Shown here piece after piece: positions 34,096-46,041 of a stretch of 64,000 nt of DNA. Every line of letters starts with the position of its first letter. Positions within the stretch are counted from its first letter, which is position 1. The notes below the pieces were generated by a model. The model saw only the letters and a program-made list of their open reading frames with translations. It had not been told where the DNA came from and ran no database searches. Origin of the DNA: Lama guanicoe (taxonomy: Eukaryota); assembly GCA_013239625.1 (NCBI GenBank), contig MU055600.1:20969520-21033519 (forward strand). The letters are read 5' to 3'. The translations under genes were made by a program, and so were the position numbers.

Positions 34096-34817
34096 GCGAC
34101 ACCCACGATTCAAACAACGACCTCAAACTGGAGGGACTCCTGAGTAACAGAGTGGATGTTAGGAGCTCCTGGGAGCTCCTCCCTCCCGCCCACACTGCCC
34201 TCCAGGTCCTGCAAGCCTGCTTGACATGTTCTGCTGGTCCCCAACGCCCTGTTTCCTGCACCCTCCCCTGTTGATGTCAAGCATGTAAAGGCCTCCGTTT
34301 CTTGGAACATCCTTAGTGTGTCACTGCTTGACCCGATCTATAAATGTTGGTGCCCGCAGCGCCAACTCCCTGACGCTTGGTGGAGAGGCCACCCTAGAAG
34401 TGTGGTTCAGTTGAGCCCCTGATTTGTTTCTTGGGTTACAGACCACTGGGAATCCTTAATGGAAGTAGCTTCTCCGGTGACCCAGGCAACGTGGAGAGGG
34501 CAGAAGCTCGCTAAATCCTTTCCTCCTCGGTTTTTTTGGCCATAACTGCTCTGCTCTTCGTGGCCTCCACTCAAAGGCAGGCGTGCCTGGGGGTTGATTC
34601 TGGCTTTGAGACGCTCACACAGGCTGAGCGTACATTTCGGACCCACTGTAGCTAAAATAAGCAAATGAGGCTGCAGTAATTTTAGGATAGCAAATGGATG
34701 ATTGCAAAGGGGACTAGGAGGATGCTGGTTTTGCCGACAAGGAAGGGCGAAAGTTTGCCAAGGGGCTTTGCCAGAGATGACAAAGCTGCCGGGCGATTTG
34801 GTATGGGAGACGTTCTC

Positions 34818-34993
34818 CAGCATCGTGGGATGGAAGGAGCACCAAACCTGGAGAGTCAACTTTAAACTCGGCCTGAATCTGACAGTGAGTGGCTGTGTGA
34901 CCTTGGAAAAGTCACTGTCCATCTCTGGGGTTTTTTCCCATTGGCAAAACAAGGCAATTGGACTTAATCATTTCCAAAATTCTTTCCAGATCC
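34818..34993 (+). mobile_element. MIR (MIR3/MIRc-like)
   Basis: gtgggatggaaggagcac...ggctgtgtgaccttggaaaagtcact...ttggacttaatcatttccaa. Confidence 0.75.
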
Positions 34994-35269
34994 AGGAGGA
35001 CATGGTTTTGTGTCCAGCTGAGAATTCCGCCTCTCGGCACAGTTGTAGATGATCTTCGAATTGGCCGGTTGTCGTGGGCACTTGAAGCACCGTGTCACCG
35101 ATCTTATGCCTACACGGAGGAAAGGGCTGCTGCTCAGGGCTGAGCAGTGGGACAGGGTAGGGCTCTACCCGATTCTGCGTCCAATGAGCCTTTTTAAAGG
35201 CACCTTCTGGGAACGTGATGGGGTTAAGGCATTAGGTTGGGGGCAGGTCGCTGACCAATCCAAAGAGAA

Positions 35270-35400
35270 GAGAGGACAGGATCTTGGAACTGAATCTTGT
35301 CCTTGCCTTCACTAGCTGTGTGATCTTGGGTAACCTTTTCTGAACTTGGCGTCCTCATCCAAGGAGGAAACTTGTCTAGAACCCCTTCCAGCCCTCACAG
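35270..35400 (+). mobile_element. MIR fragment
   Basis: cactagctgtgtgatcttgggtaacc...tcctcatc...ccccttccagc. Confidence 0.7.
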
Positions 35401-37049
35401 GCTCCCACGCCATGACGGTACAAAACAGTGCCTCTGTCTTAACACAAAGCACAAAACCTTGAACTCTCCAGGGCTTGAGCAGAGCAAAGGCTTCTGCAGG
35501 AGACCCGACATCTCTCTGGGCAGCAGAAATCAAAGCGCACCCTGCAGGGAGAGCTGAGACACTGTCAGCACAGCCACCCCTTCCCTCGGGGCCTTCCCTG
35601 GGAGGCTGGGGGTTTGCTTTAAGCAGGGCTGCTGTTCCTTACAGAAATCCACTGGTCAGTCACCGTATGAGCTGGGAGACCCCGGTGGGCTTCAGAATGG
35701 AGCAGAGAAAGTCAGAATGACAACTCCATCACGCACCATCAACCACCTGCCAAGAGCCGGCCTCTGGACTGGGCACCTTTCACACGTGGCAGGTCGTGGT
35801 TGCTTCGCATTCGCTGGGCTGCCCACACCCAGACTCCTGTGGATGAGTCCTGGTGGGACGCCAAGCCCTACTTTCCACCTAGGAAAGCAAATAGGATGGA
35901 CGCTTCCCCCAGGGCATCCCGGAGCAGGTAGGGTTGGACACACGGCCCAGGTCCAGCCAGTCAGACGCTCCTGTCTGGACTCTGAATCCTGAGCAAACAG
36001 TCAAAGACAAAGCGACCGTCGGAATGGACGCATGACAGAGTCCAGTGGCCATGGACGTGGGGCAAGTGCCCTGGGCAGGCCGTTCTTCCAAACAGCGGGC
36101 TGTGCTGTCCGCTCCGCGGCCGTCTGCGGCTACCTTAGTTTCTTTCCTCCCCCATTTTCCAGGCCGTGTTCTTCACCTGCTGACTCTGCGAGCCCGCTCT
36201 GCTGGGGTGACCAGAGCTGGTTCCTGCTGCTTGCAGCTGGGATTCCGGGCCGAAGCCCTGCTCTCACCCTGTGGTGCCTGCCCTGCCCCTCTGGGGAGCT
36301 GCTCCAGTCAGTCCTTCTTGGAGTCCATGGAGATCGTCGCTCTGTCTTGCTGCAGCCGCCGCGAGGGTTGGTCCTGAGCAGGTTTTACCGTCCCCGGGGG
36401 CTTCTGTGATGGCAAAGCGGGGGGCGTCCCGGGAAGCCAGGGTGCAGGGAGGCAGCGGGGAGTCACCTTGACCAGCGAGGAAGAGAAGCCGGTGGACGGA
36501 TGTCTTCTCTGTTCCTCCTCGAGGGGCACAGCTGTGCAGTGTATCTCATGAGGCTGCTCCGAAGATCAGCCGGCAGCAGCCGATAATAACACGGGATTTT
36601 ATGGGTTTTACGGGATTCCACCTTGCATGTTCCACTGGCTGGTCCTTGACTCCTGTTCCCTGCTTTTCTTCCGAAGTGAATGACCTGCAGGCAGCCTGTT
36701 TCCTGAGCTCTGCTTCTTGGGAGACTGAGGCTCAGACAGGACCTGAGACACGGAGGGGTCAGGGGATTCGCTCTCAACTCGCCCAGAGCCCAGAGCCGAG
36801 GCTGGGACGCAAGAGCCTCTGACCTTGGTCTTTGCTCTTTTCCTCCTACAGCGCATGCTGCGAATATAGGTGGGGAGTGTGCAGAGTTGATGCTCTGAGT
36901 CTGAGCTCTGGGATGGGTGGGGAGGAGGGCTCTGGCAGGCCCAGCGAAGGGGCTGGTCCTGGAGTCCTCCCCGTGGTGCTGGCAGCTTCATACTGAAGCT
37001 TCTCTTCCGGACATTTCTGGGTATGTCTGTTCCTGTCTAAGAAAGTTTA

Positions 37050-37112
37050 TCTTTCTTCTTCTTTTTTTTTTTTTTTTTTGCTCTTGAATTTTTTTTTCCC
37101 TTGCTTTTTTTT
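37050..37112. repeat. Poly-T / T-rich tract
   Basis: ctttcttcttcT18g...T-runs. Confidence 0.9.
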
Positions 37113-37929
37113 GCACTTGGCCCTGCTTTGGGAACATACTGCTAGAAAGCGAGTTAAGAGACCCAACATTCTCAAGTCCACCACCAGCTTGCTGTTTGAC
37201 CACAGAACAAGGCACCCCCTCTGACCTTCTGGGTCCCCATCTGGCCACTTGAGTGGGTCCCAGGGCTCGCCTGGGCCATGCCAGGCCCTCGCGAGGGCTG
37301 GGTGGGGGTGTGGGGTGCACTAACATGACAGACTCTCCAGCCCCACTCCCGCGGTTCCGAGCCGCCACACCAGGTGCGGGCCAGGCTTCTGTATTTCTAA
37401 CGAGTTCCCCACATTTTAACAAGTTTCCCTTTCTCCTTCTCTATTTTGATCTCTCTCTCAACAGCTTGATTTGGGAATGATGAGGGAGTCCCCAGAGACT
37501 CCTCCACTCCCAGACACCTTCTCCATTAACTGCAGCAGCCGTGCAGCTTCCGCCTGTTACAGCAGGCGCTGTCCCCAGGAGGTCTCTGTTAAAATGGCAC
37601 TGAATTGCTCTGGAGGGTGATGTGTTCTCACTTTGGCATCCGTGACATCACAGAGATGGCTTCACTGCATCAGGAGCAAGGCACCTTCAGGGATCAGGGT
37701 CTGAGGCTGTCAGCACCAAGGAACCCAGGGGGAGGGTGTTTTCTGAGGAGCGAGGGGACATCCATGAGCACTGAAAACCAGAGCCTGGATGCTGACAGGG
37801 AGAGGCCAGCCTGAAAGGGCTGGGTTGTGTGTGGCGGGGGTGGGCGGCAGATGACAAGGTGCACTTACCTTGCGCAGGCCAGAGGTGGGCAGGGGTCCGG
37901 GCAGATGACAATGAGGGACCAGAAGAGGC

Positions 37930-38102
37930 TGAGCCCTGTAGTGGACGTCTCTGGGTTCAAATCCTGGTGTCACTGCTGTGTGACCTTGGACGTGGTAGCA
38001 TACTTCCCTTTCTCTATCTGCCTGTTTCTGCCTCTGTCTCTCTCACGCCTGCTGTGCCCTGGAGCGGCTGTCCTCACTCCCATACCGGATAGGATTGAGT
38101 GA
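37930..38102 (+). mobile_element. MIR fragment
   Basis: ctgggttcaaatcctgg...gctgtgtgaccttgga. Confidence 0.7.
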
Positions 38103-38734
38103 CCACCATGCAAACGGAGCCCCCAGGGTCTCTCCTTGCATTTGGGATCTGGTCTCAGAGACAAAGTCTCTGGGTGGCCGGAAGTGCCACATGTCCCTGG
38201 GTGTCACTGGGCAGACAGCTGTGAATTGTGCGGCACCAGAGGCAGAGAGAGCATGAAGCAGAGACTGGGAGAAGCAGAGGAATGAGCGGCAGGGGGTCCT
38301 GAGGGCTGTCGGACCACAGCCCAGGGCCTTCCTGAAGCAGCCTCTTGTCTACGGGTTCCGGGAGGCACCCTGCGTCTTTATGAAAAACAAGCAAATAGCT
38401 CAGCTCTTTCGCTTAGGCTAGTCTGGTTTCTGCAGCTTGTGATCCAGCGGCCCCACCACGCCCGCGCTTGCACTGAGCAACCGGGAGAGCGGGGACAGGA
38501 GCAGCGGCCCCGGCGAGTGGGGCGGACCTGCGCGCGCGTGCGCCGTGCCCCAGCGCCGTGCCCCCGGTCCTGGCTGAAACTTTGCAGAGACGCCCGCCAG
38601 CCACTCCTGCCAAAGAAACTTCTTCAGAGCATTTCTTCCAGAGCTGTGCCTTGAGAAACGATAGCAGCCCTTCACCCTCTTCACCTGGTTGCCAACACAC
38701 CTAGGAGATCTCACCGGGTCCAGACTACCCGGAT

Positions 38735-38853
38735 CAGGGCTTCTCAAACTCTCCCAGAGATAAATGTTAAGATGCAGATCCTGATGCAGACGGTTGGAGC
38801 TCCCACGTGACGTGGATGCTGCTGGTCCAAGGGCCACAGAGGGACCAGCAAGG
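38735..38853. mobile_element. MER5A-like relic (internally deleted)
   Basis: cagggcttctcaaact...tgttaagatgcagatcctgat...gatgctgctggtccaagggccaca. Confidence 0.75.
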
Positions 38854-38949
38854 ATTTGACTCCCTATGCCAGGAATTACAAATGAGTGGCCAGTTAGAAC
38901 CGCCAAATCAGCAGCAGCGCGGAAGCCAAGTAGCCATTCTAAGCAGGGG

Positions 38950-39900
38950 CAAGAAACTCACTAGTTTGAATTAATGGGGAAAAAATTCTGAATAGAGTAT
39001 TCTTGCTGAGAAACACCGTTTTACTCCTTCCAACGGTACCTCGGGAAGAGCTGGCCTCTCCAGGAAGGAAGGAACAGATAAGCCCAGGGTAATTAGCATG
39101 TCAATGACTAATAATTACAAAGGGGCTTCTGAAGAGCTGGGGGGTATTCCAACGGTTTTTCCTCTCCCTCGAAAATTCTCGAGTAGCTCCAATGTCTCCA
39201 CCTTCTTCGACTTGCTTCTGTTTATCGTCTGGGCAGTGCCTCTTCTGCAGATCCGCGCGACGTCAGACTCGGCGTCGCCCGCACCGAGGCTCGCAGCCCC
39301 GCGGGCGGTGCCAACCTCCTTACCGAAGACGCTGCTTTTGTTTTATTTTTCCTCTTTCAAGAAACTGACATCTTAGCGCCTCATATCCATCTTAGTTGAA
39401 ACAAATGTTTTGATTACATCCAAGCGAGAGCCCAACAAAAGCTGCCGGGACGGAGCCGACGCGCGCGCTATTAGCTTTAGACAATTTGCTCTGATATTGT
39501 CTGGAATCACGCGTGCACACGCCCATACAGATCTGATGCCTTGACTTGTTTCATTAATCTTTATTTGTTTAATCATCTGTTTAATCTGTTTAATCGTTGG
39601 TTTAAGTGGGAAGATTACACGAAGATGCTCAGCGCTGGCTCGTGCAGGCGCTCTGACTCGAAGCCCAGCGTTGCTTTTCGACTGTTTATCACGTTCTTTT
39701 ATGGGGTTTCAGGAACTACTGAAAGCCTGTNNNNNNNNNNNNNNNNNNNNNNNNNNNNNNNNNNNNNNNNNNNNNNNNNNNNNNNNNNNNNNNNNNNNNN
39801 NNNNNNNNNNNNNNNNNNNNNNNNNNNNNNNNNNNNNNNNNNNNNNNNNNNNNNNNNNNNNNCCCCACCAAACGCAATATTTAAGTTGGCACCAGGGCCG
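38950..39900. promoter_or_regulatory. Large putative conserved enhancer spanning an N-run
   Basis: About 0.9 kb of unique sequence with AGATAA, TAATTAGCATGTCA (39090-39103), a CpG patch at 39250-39310, three TGTTTAATC copies and TTTATGG. Confidence 0.65.
39731..39862. other. N-run (132 bp gap or mask)
   Basis: Run of n. Confidence 0.99.
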
Positions 39901-40859
39901 TTCTGGGAGAAGCTGGGAGGCCTGGGGGGCTGGGCGCGCGTTCGAGGATGAGGGAGCAATTTCTTCTCTCCAGACGTGTTTGCTCTGAGAATCTAAGCTG
40001 GTTCTGGGCTGAAGGCACCAGGCAGCGCCCGGGGTCTGACATCTGTCACCATCAGGAATGCTGCGCCCCCACCTCCCTCTGGGCTGGAGGTGTCTATCAG
40101 ACGTGGGGGCACTAACTCCGACTGGGACACCCCCCGGGGACGTCGTGACCATGAATCGTTGGCTTTGCGTCAGATCCACTTATAAAACGGTCACCACTCT
40201 CCATGGCGATGGCTTTTTATGTCATGCTCCAGTTTGGCTTGAGGACAGGAGGCGAGCATGACCCTGTGCGTTGTGGTCAGTATAGTAGGGTTACTTCAAC
40301 AAGACTCGGTGAACATCTCCAGCAAGAGGGTAAACTCTTGGGGGCTAATGTCACTGCAGACAGTGTTGCAGGCACAGCTGCCTCCTTCTGGAAATGAAGA
40401 CCCTTGCTCTCAATGGAGAGGTCTGCCCACCTCCAGATCATGCCCTTGGCAGCCTCCCCCATCCTCTCCCAATCCTCCCACCCCCCAAGGTCCCACCCCA
40501 GAGCCACGCACAGAGCAGGTGGGAGCAGGATCGGGACTGGAACTCACCGCCTCTGAAAGTCAGTTGGAAAAGAGCCCCTCACCCCACCCCACAGCGCTCT
40601 GAGCCTCCGGCCCCTTGTGCCAAGACGCTGACAGAAGGAAAATGGCCCTGACTGAGTGCCGTTGCTCCGTGCTTCCAGGTGCAGAGGTTTTACGCCCCAC
40701 GGGCCTTGCCGGAGCACAGCTGGGGTGTTTACCTGCCCACTTGTATCCCTGGAGGGAATGGGCCTCCTGGGACCCCCCGCTCCTCACCCAGAGCCCCTCA
40801 GACACGATGCCTGAGTGCGGCTGGGTTTGCGTGGCCGGGTTCTCGCGGCCTCTCGCACA

Positions 40860-41000
40860 GGACACGTCACCTTGAGCAACTTCCTAAACATTCTGAGCCC
40901 TGTTTCCCATCATACCAGTGGGGGTGATGATGGTCTCTGCCCCACAGGTTGTCGTGAGCACAGAAAGATGAAACAGGCATCAGCGCCTGGCCCGCCTGGT
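40860..41000 (+). mobile_element. MIR SINE
   Basis: ccttgagcaacttcctaaacattctgagccctgtttcccatc...cacaggttgtcgtgag. Confidence 0.75.
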
Positions 41001-42429
41001 GCCTGCGCTGCGTGGGAGCTGGGGCCTCCGCAGGGTCTCTCCCGCGGGCCCGTGAGGTCTTCGGGAGGGACGCTGCGCTGCCAGAGGGGACAGGCTCCAG
41101 GAGAGGAGGAGGCACTTGTCCCCTGTGTGTCTTTCTGTCTGTCCCAGCGTCACCTGGAGGGCGGGCTATGCTGCTCATTTTCGGCGCTGAGTCAGTGCCG
41201 GCCCCCAGCGCACATGCCTCCCTTGTCCCTCCTCCAAGGGGTGCCTCCCTCCCCGTTCCCTCCATGGGGCCGACAGCCTGAGGCTCCTCTTTGATTGGCC
41301 CTCAGCATCCTAGACCCAGGGAGCCCCTACCCACACTTCTGAAGGAATCACTTCTTTAAAAAAAAATCCTAGATGGCATTTGAAAGAGATGTTTTTGTTG
41401 AAAGGCTTCCTCCTGGGCCTCTGGATTCCAGCGTCTGTGAACCGCCGGTGCCTGGGACCGCTCGTTCACTCTTGCCTCTCTGTGGGAAATTCCTTGATGT
41501 TCCCTTTAATCCTCTTTCTTTGCATTCCCAGGAGAGCTGCCCACACAGGCTTGGAAGGGTCTGGAGAAGCTGGCAGCCAGCCTAGCTCAGGGCACCACCC
41601 CGACTGGGCATCTTCAGTCTTGGCTGGGCCGTGGGCATCACGCGGCGGCAAGCTTAGTAGAGCTGCCTGGTTAACTTGTCGCTTTTTGACCGAGGGCATG
41701 GCCTCTGCCCTCTGAAGTGTCTGCCCTCTTCCATCAGGCTGGGGGCTCAGTGCTCAGGGAGCAGCGTGGGAGGTGGGGACAACCGTCCAGCCAACCAGCG
41801 CAGCTGGCTTGCCCCGGTGCTCGGCGGAGTGAGCTGCTGTGCTCAGATGTGCCTCGTGTCCCCGAGGACAGAGGAGAAAGGGAGTTCGCTCTGTGCAGGG
41901 ACCGCCTGTTGCCACTGCCTCCAGCAGGGACCCACCCCCGCTTAAGCATGTGCCTTGATTAACAGCTGCTCTCCCAGATCCTGGATTTGGTGCCAGGCTT
42001 TGGAGAAGAGGAAAATAGGGTTCTGGTGGTTCCTGATTGTAAGGAGAGGAGGACCAGGGAGGCGCTCGGCCAGTACCCAGAGGTCCTGATGTCCCTGGGA
42101 ACAGGGAGAGGGTCTTCAGCAATGAGAGGAGCTCGGAAAGAGAGGGGAGCCAAGATGAACTGGGGCGTTCTGCCCCTCTGGCCCCCAGTGGTCTTGGATG
42201 CTCCCCTGGCCACCCGGCCGTACTTTGCAGCTGCCTGAGGTGGAGAGGCCTGCCTGTGGGGCCAGGCTGCCCACAGCTGAGCTCGTGCTTCCCGCAGCCA
42301 CAAGGAGGGACCGTGGCAGCCTCCTCCGCGTCCCGGCCTTCTCACTCGTTCACCTGAGACAGCACTGTGCGTGGGGCAGGCACAACATAAAGGCGAGGTG
42401 GGCAGTTGGGGGGTAACGAGGCTGTTCGG

Positions 42430-42525
42430 GCAAACCTTTGAACATTTACTGAGCGCCCACCCGGTGCCAGACACCATGCTAGGTCTTGGGAGTCCAGCAG
42501 TGGACCGGCTGGACCCAGCTCCACG
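42430..42525 (-). mobile_element. L2 3' end fragment
   Basis: aacatttactgagcgcccacccggtgccagacaccatgctaggtcttggg. Confidence 0.8.
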
Positions 42526-42779
42526 GGGCTGCTGTGGAGGCAAAACGAGAGAACGTGCATCAAAAAACGCTGCTGATGCTGTGAAACTGAACCAGAGCAC
42601 GGAGGCCAGGCTGCCAGGCTACGGGCTGTGCGCTTTCACGGGCGCGATGAGTCACCAGGCGGCTTGGCACCAAAGAGTGGGATGAACTGGTTTTGTTTTT
42701 GGAATTTTTCGTTTCACAAATAAATCACGTTCGTTGGAAAACGATGAGGTGGGTCAGAGTCCCTGCTTCCGCGTATCCC

Positions 42780-43050
42780 AGACATCTCTGTGTTTGTGAA
42801 TCTGGTTAATGTTTGTAAGTCTCACAGGTGAGGAGTGATGTCTCGCTGTTGCTTTTTGTGTTTTTAAGTGTAAGTCGGCCTGAGCATCGTTCCGCGTGTT
42901 TATTTGTGCTTCTGACTTGTTTTCATTTGCTGGTTCGCACACACTTCCCAGTGATCCATCGGGCTGATGTGTTTTAAAATTACTGACGTGTAAGAGATCT
43001 TACTTTAAGCAAAATAGTTCTTACTATCCGTTGTACATATTATGTTTATG
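42780..43050 (-). mobile_element. L1M fragment (ORF2 C-terminal region)
   Basis: aggtgaggagtgatgtctcgctgttgc...ctgagcatcgttccgcgtgtttatt. Confidence 0.65.
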
Positions 43051-43074
43051 ATTACTTTTTTATTATTATTACTA

Positions 43075-44210
43075 ACTTTATTTTCTTCTTACAAAATTAC
43101 ACTGTAACCGAGGTACACTTTCCATTCAATAAAATCCACACATTCTGTTTTAAATATAGAAGCTGTTGACTTGACAAATGTCTACACCCACATAACCGCT
43201 GTTGCCACAACCAGGATATAAAACATTTCCATCACCCCCAAATTTCCTTGCACCCCTTTACCGTCAGTCCCCCCCTTACCCCAGGCAGCTGCCGAAGTGG
43301 CTTCCACCGCAGTAACTGTTGAAGTTCTAAGCCTTCACGCATAAGGTGCAATGGAGCCTGCGTGTTCTCTGGCTACGCTTCTGCTCGCGTGGTGCCTGTG
43401 AGGTTCACCCAGGCCGCTCTGTTTTGTCAGGAGTTTATTCCTTGTTATTGCTGAATTGTGCCCCCGTCCAAGGAAACATCACAACTTCTTCAACGGCTTC
43501 CCTGTCGCTGGGCAGCTGGGTGGTTTCCAGGCTGAGCCACTCCGAACAAAGCTGCCGTGCGCAAGCTCGTACGACGTCCGTACGTGGACGTGTGTTTCAT
43601 TTCTCCGGGGTAACCACCTCGTGTTAGGGTGACTGGATGACATACTAGGTACGTGTTCAGTTCTGTGGGAAACGGCCGGAGTGTCTTCCAAAGCGGCTGT
43701 GCCGTTTCTCCCTCCCGCCAACGGCGCGCGAGTTCCGCTCGGCCCGCGTCCCTGCTGGCACTTGGTGCTGTCAGCCTTGAGTTTAGGCATCCTAGGGGCA
43801 GGGACTGCTGCCTCCCTGCGGCTGTGACAGGCACTTGCCTGCTGGTGCTAACGAGGACGGACATTGTCGCGTGTGCCTTTCCTGGGTCTTCTTTGCTCTT
43901 GTCAAATGTTTGCTCATTTTAAATTAGGCCGTCTTTCATTCTTTTTACGTTCGAGACACAAAGCCTTTGTCTCGCATCCACACTGTGTGTATCTCCTCCT
44001 GTTCTTGGTTGCGCCTTTTCACTGTTAAACCTTTGCTCACTCGTATCTAAGAGAACAGGTTGCGAAGACTTTCTCCTGTGTTTTCTTCCAGAACTTTCAC
44101 GTTTCCCTTTTGGGTTTAGGTCTATGATGCGTTGTGTGTTAACCCTTGGTTTTGGTGCAATTTTTTTTCTGTCTTTTTTGCCTGAATGGAAATGTCGCTG
44201 GGTACAAAAC
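43075..44210 (-). mobile_element. L1M (MB/MC/ME-type) 3' end through late ORF2, decayed
   Basis: aataaaatccacacatt...ttgacaaatgtctacaccc...aacatttccatcacccc...ttccaaagcggctgtgcc...tcctgtgttttcttccagaac...tttaggtctatgat. Confidence 0.85.
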
Positions 44211-44592
44211 TGGGGGGTTACCTCCCATTTCCAAACTCTGTAGGTATTTCTCCCTTGTTTTCTAGCATGCGACATTTCCGTGAAGCATTCTGAAGTCATC
44301 TGACTTTGCTTCTTGAAGGTGGTTTACACTTTCACCCCAAATACCTGTAAGATTTTTGTAGAGTAAAGCCTGGAATATTTCATCTGTGCGGCACATTAGC
44401 CTGGACTCTGTGTCCAAGGTCTAAAACAAATGGGAGTACGAATGTATTTTTAAGGCAATTCATTCTACCCCTTTGCTTTCTTTTCTAATGAGCTCAGTGG
44501 CAGTGTATCCGTGGGGGTGTGTGTGTGATCCTAGTTAGCAACTGGGAACTGGGGGTAGAATCAGGGCCACAATTCTAGTATCTTCCTACCTG

Positions 44593-44850
44593 AGTGTTTC
44601 TCAGTTCTGGCTGCCCATTGGAAACAGATGCCAGTACCTGGGCCTCATCCCAGATCAATTGAATCTGAATCTCTGGGGTGGGACCCAGGGAACCGGTTTA
44701 GTTCAAAGGTCCCCTGGAGGTTCTAAAGTGCAGGCAAGGCTCCGAGCTCCGCCCTCCCTCGGCCCATGATTCTCAGACCGGAGCGTGTGAGACTCACCTA
44801 GCGAGCTGGTTAAATGCAGGTTCCTGGGCCTTAGCTTGTCCCTGAGACTC
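44593..44850. mobile_element. Two tandem MER5-family relics
   Basis: cccagatcaattgaatctgaatctctggggtgggacccagg...ttctaaagtgcagg, then ttctcagacc...tcacctagcgagctggttaaatgcaggttcctgggcc. Confidence 0.75.
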
Positions 44851-45684
44851 TAATTTAATAAGCCTTTGGGGTGAGGCCAGTGCCGAGAAAAGCTCACCTG
44901 TCTTTCTTCCCACCTAGTGTCACAAAGTACGTGATGTGTCAAAATATGAACACGAATGAAGCATAAAGCAATTAGTACAAACGGCATCAAAACCAGAGGG
45001 GGAGAAATTGCAGCAGAAACCTGGGGGAAGGTGATTGTAACCGAACACGAAACTGGACTTGGCTTTTCCCACAACCAGGACCTCTGTCCCTGTGACCGGG
45101 GAGACGTCACTCTCACTGTCGAGCTCTGCCAGCCTCCTCACCTGTCCGGCAGGGCGGCACCACGTGACACCTAGGGCGTGGAGCTCCCCTACTGCCACTG
45201 AGCAGAATTTCTGGGGGATCTGGAATTTTCTAAAAGAGCCTGGGGTAGGTGCGGGAGCCCCGGCTCCTGGGTGCTTTGCCATCTTCCCACGCAAGCCACC
45301 ACACCTGCCATGCCAGGGGCTACACTTCTGGTGGAACCCTCCACGCTGCTTCTTGCCAAGGCTTGACAATCCATTTCACATGGGAGGTTAAAGGACACTT
45401 CCGTCCCACGCAGACATTTCCCGTAAACCAGGAGACGGGGATGGGAAATGTCAGCTGAGACCCCTGGGCGTCTAAACAGGGGAGACAGCTGGGGCGGCAG
45501 GAGTGGCGGCAGCCTCCCCCCTGCCCCGGCTTCCCCGGCCCGCCCGCTGCCCGCTGCCCGCCGCCCCGTTGGAGGATGAATGTTCATGTGACGCCTGTGT
45601 CTTCACTCGGAGGGACTGGATAGGAGCGGCTGCAATATTTCACCAGCTCTTCTGTTTGTCGGCTCCACTAATCATCAGCCCCCA

Positions 45685-45824
45685 NNNNNNNNNNNNNNNN
45701 NNNNNNNNNNNNNNNNNNNNNNNNNNNNNNNNNNNNNNNNNNNNNNNNNNNNNNNNNNNNNNNNNNNNNNNNNNNNNNNNNNNNNNNNNNNNNNNNNNNN
45801 NNNNNNNNNNNNNNNNNNNNNNNN
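45685..45824. other. N-run (140 bp gap or mask)
   Basis: Run of n. Confidence 0.99.
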
Positions 45825-46041
45825 ATCTTCCCTTCTCCCTTCCACACCCCCTCCCTGAATTTTTTTCTTGCCATCCTCTCCCGCTCTCCGCCCCCTTTTA
45901 GCAAAATCGTAGCTCGGGCTGCTTTAAATCACTGTCGCGCAAATGAGGTGTTTTCCCTCAGACTGTCGTGTGGCCGCAGCCGTGCGTCCCAGGCAGCAAG
46001 CGCCCCGTGCACCTGCGCTCGGGACTAATTGAGGGACAATG

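Noticed and set aside
38529-38564. 15-nt alternating (CG)-rich tract plus a 12-bp duplication gcgccgtgcccc
   Set aside because: Real but short, and consistent with slippage or GC drift. There is no evidence of function.
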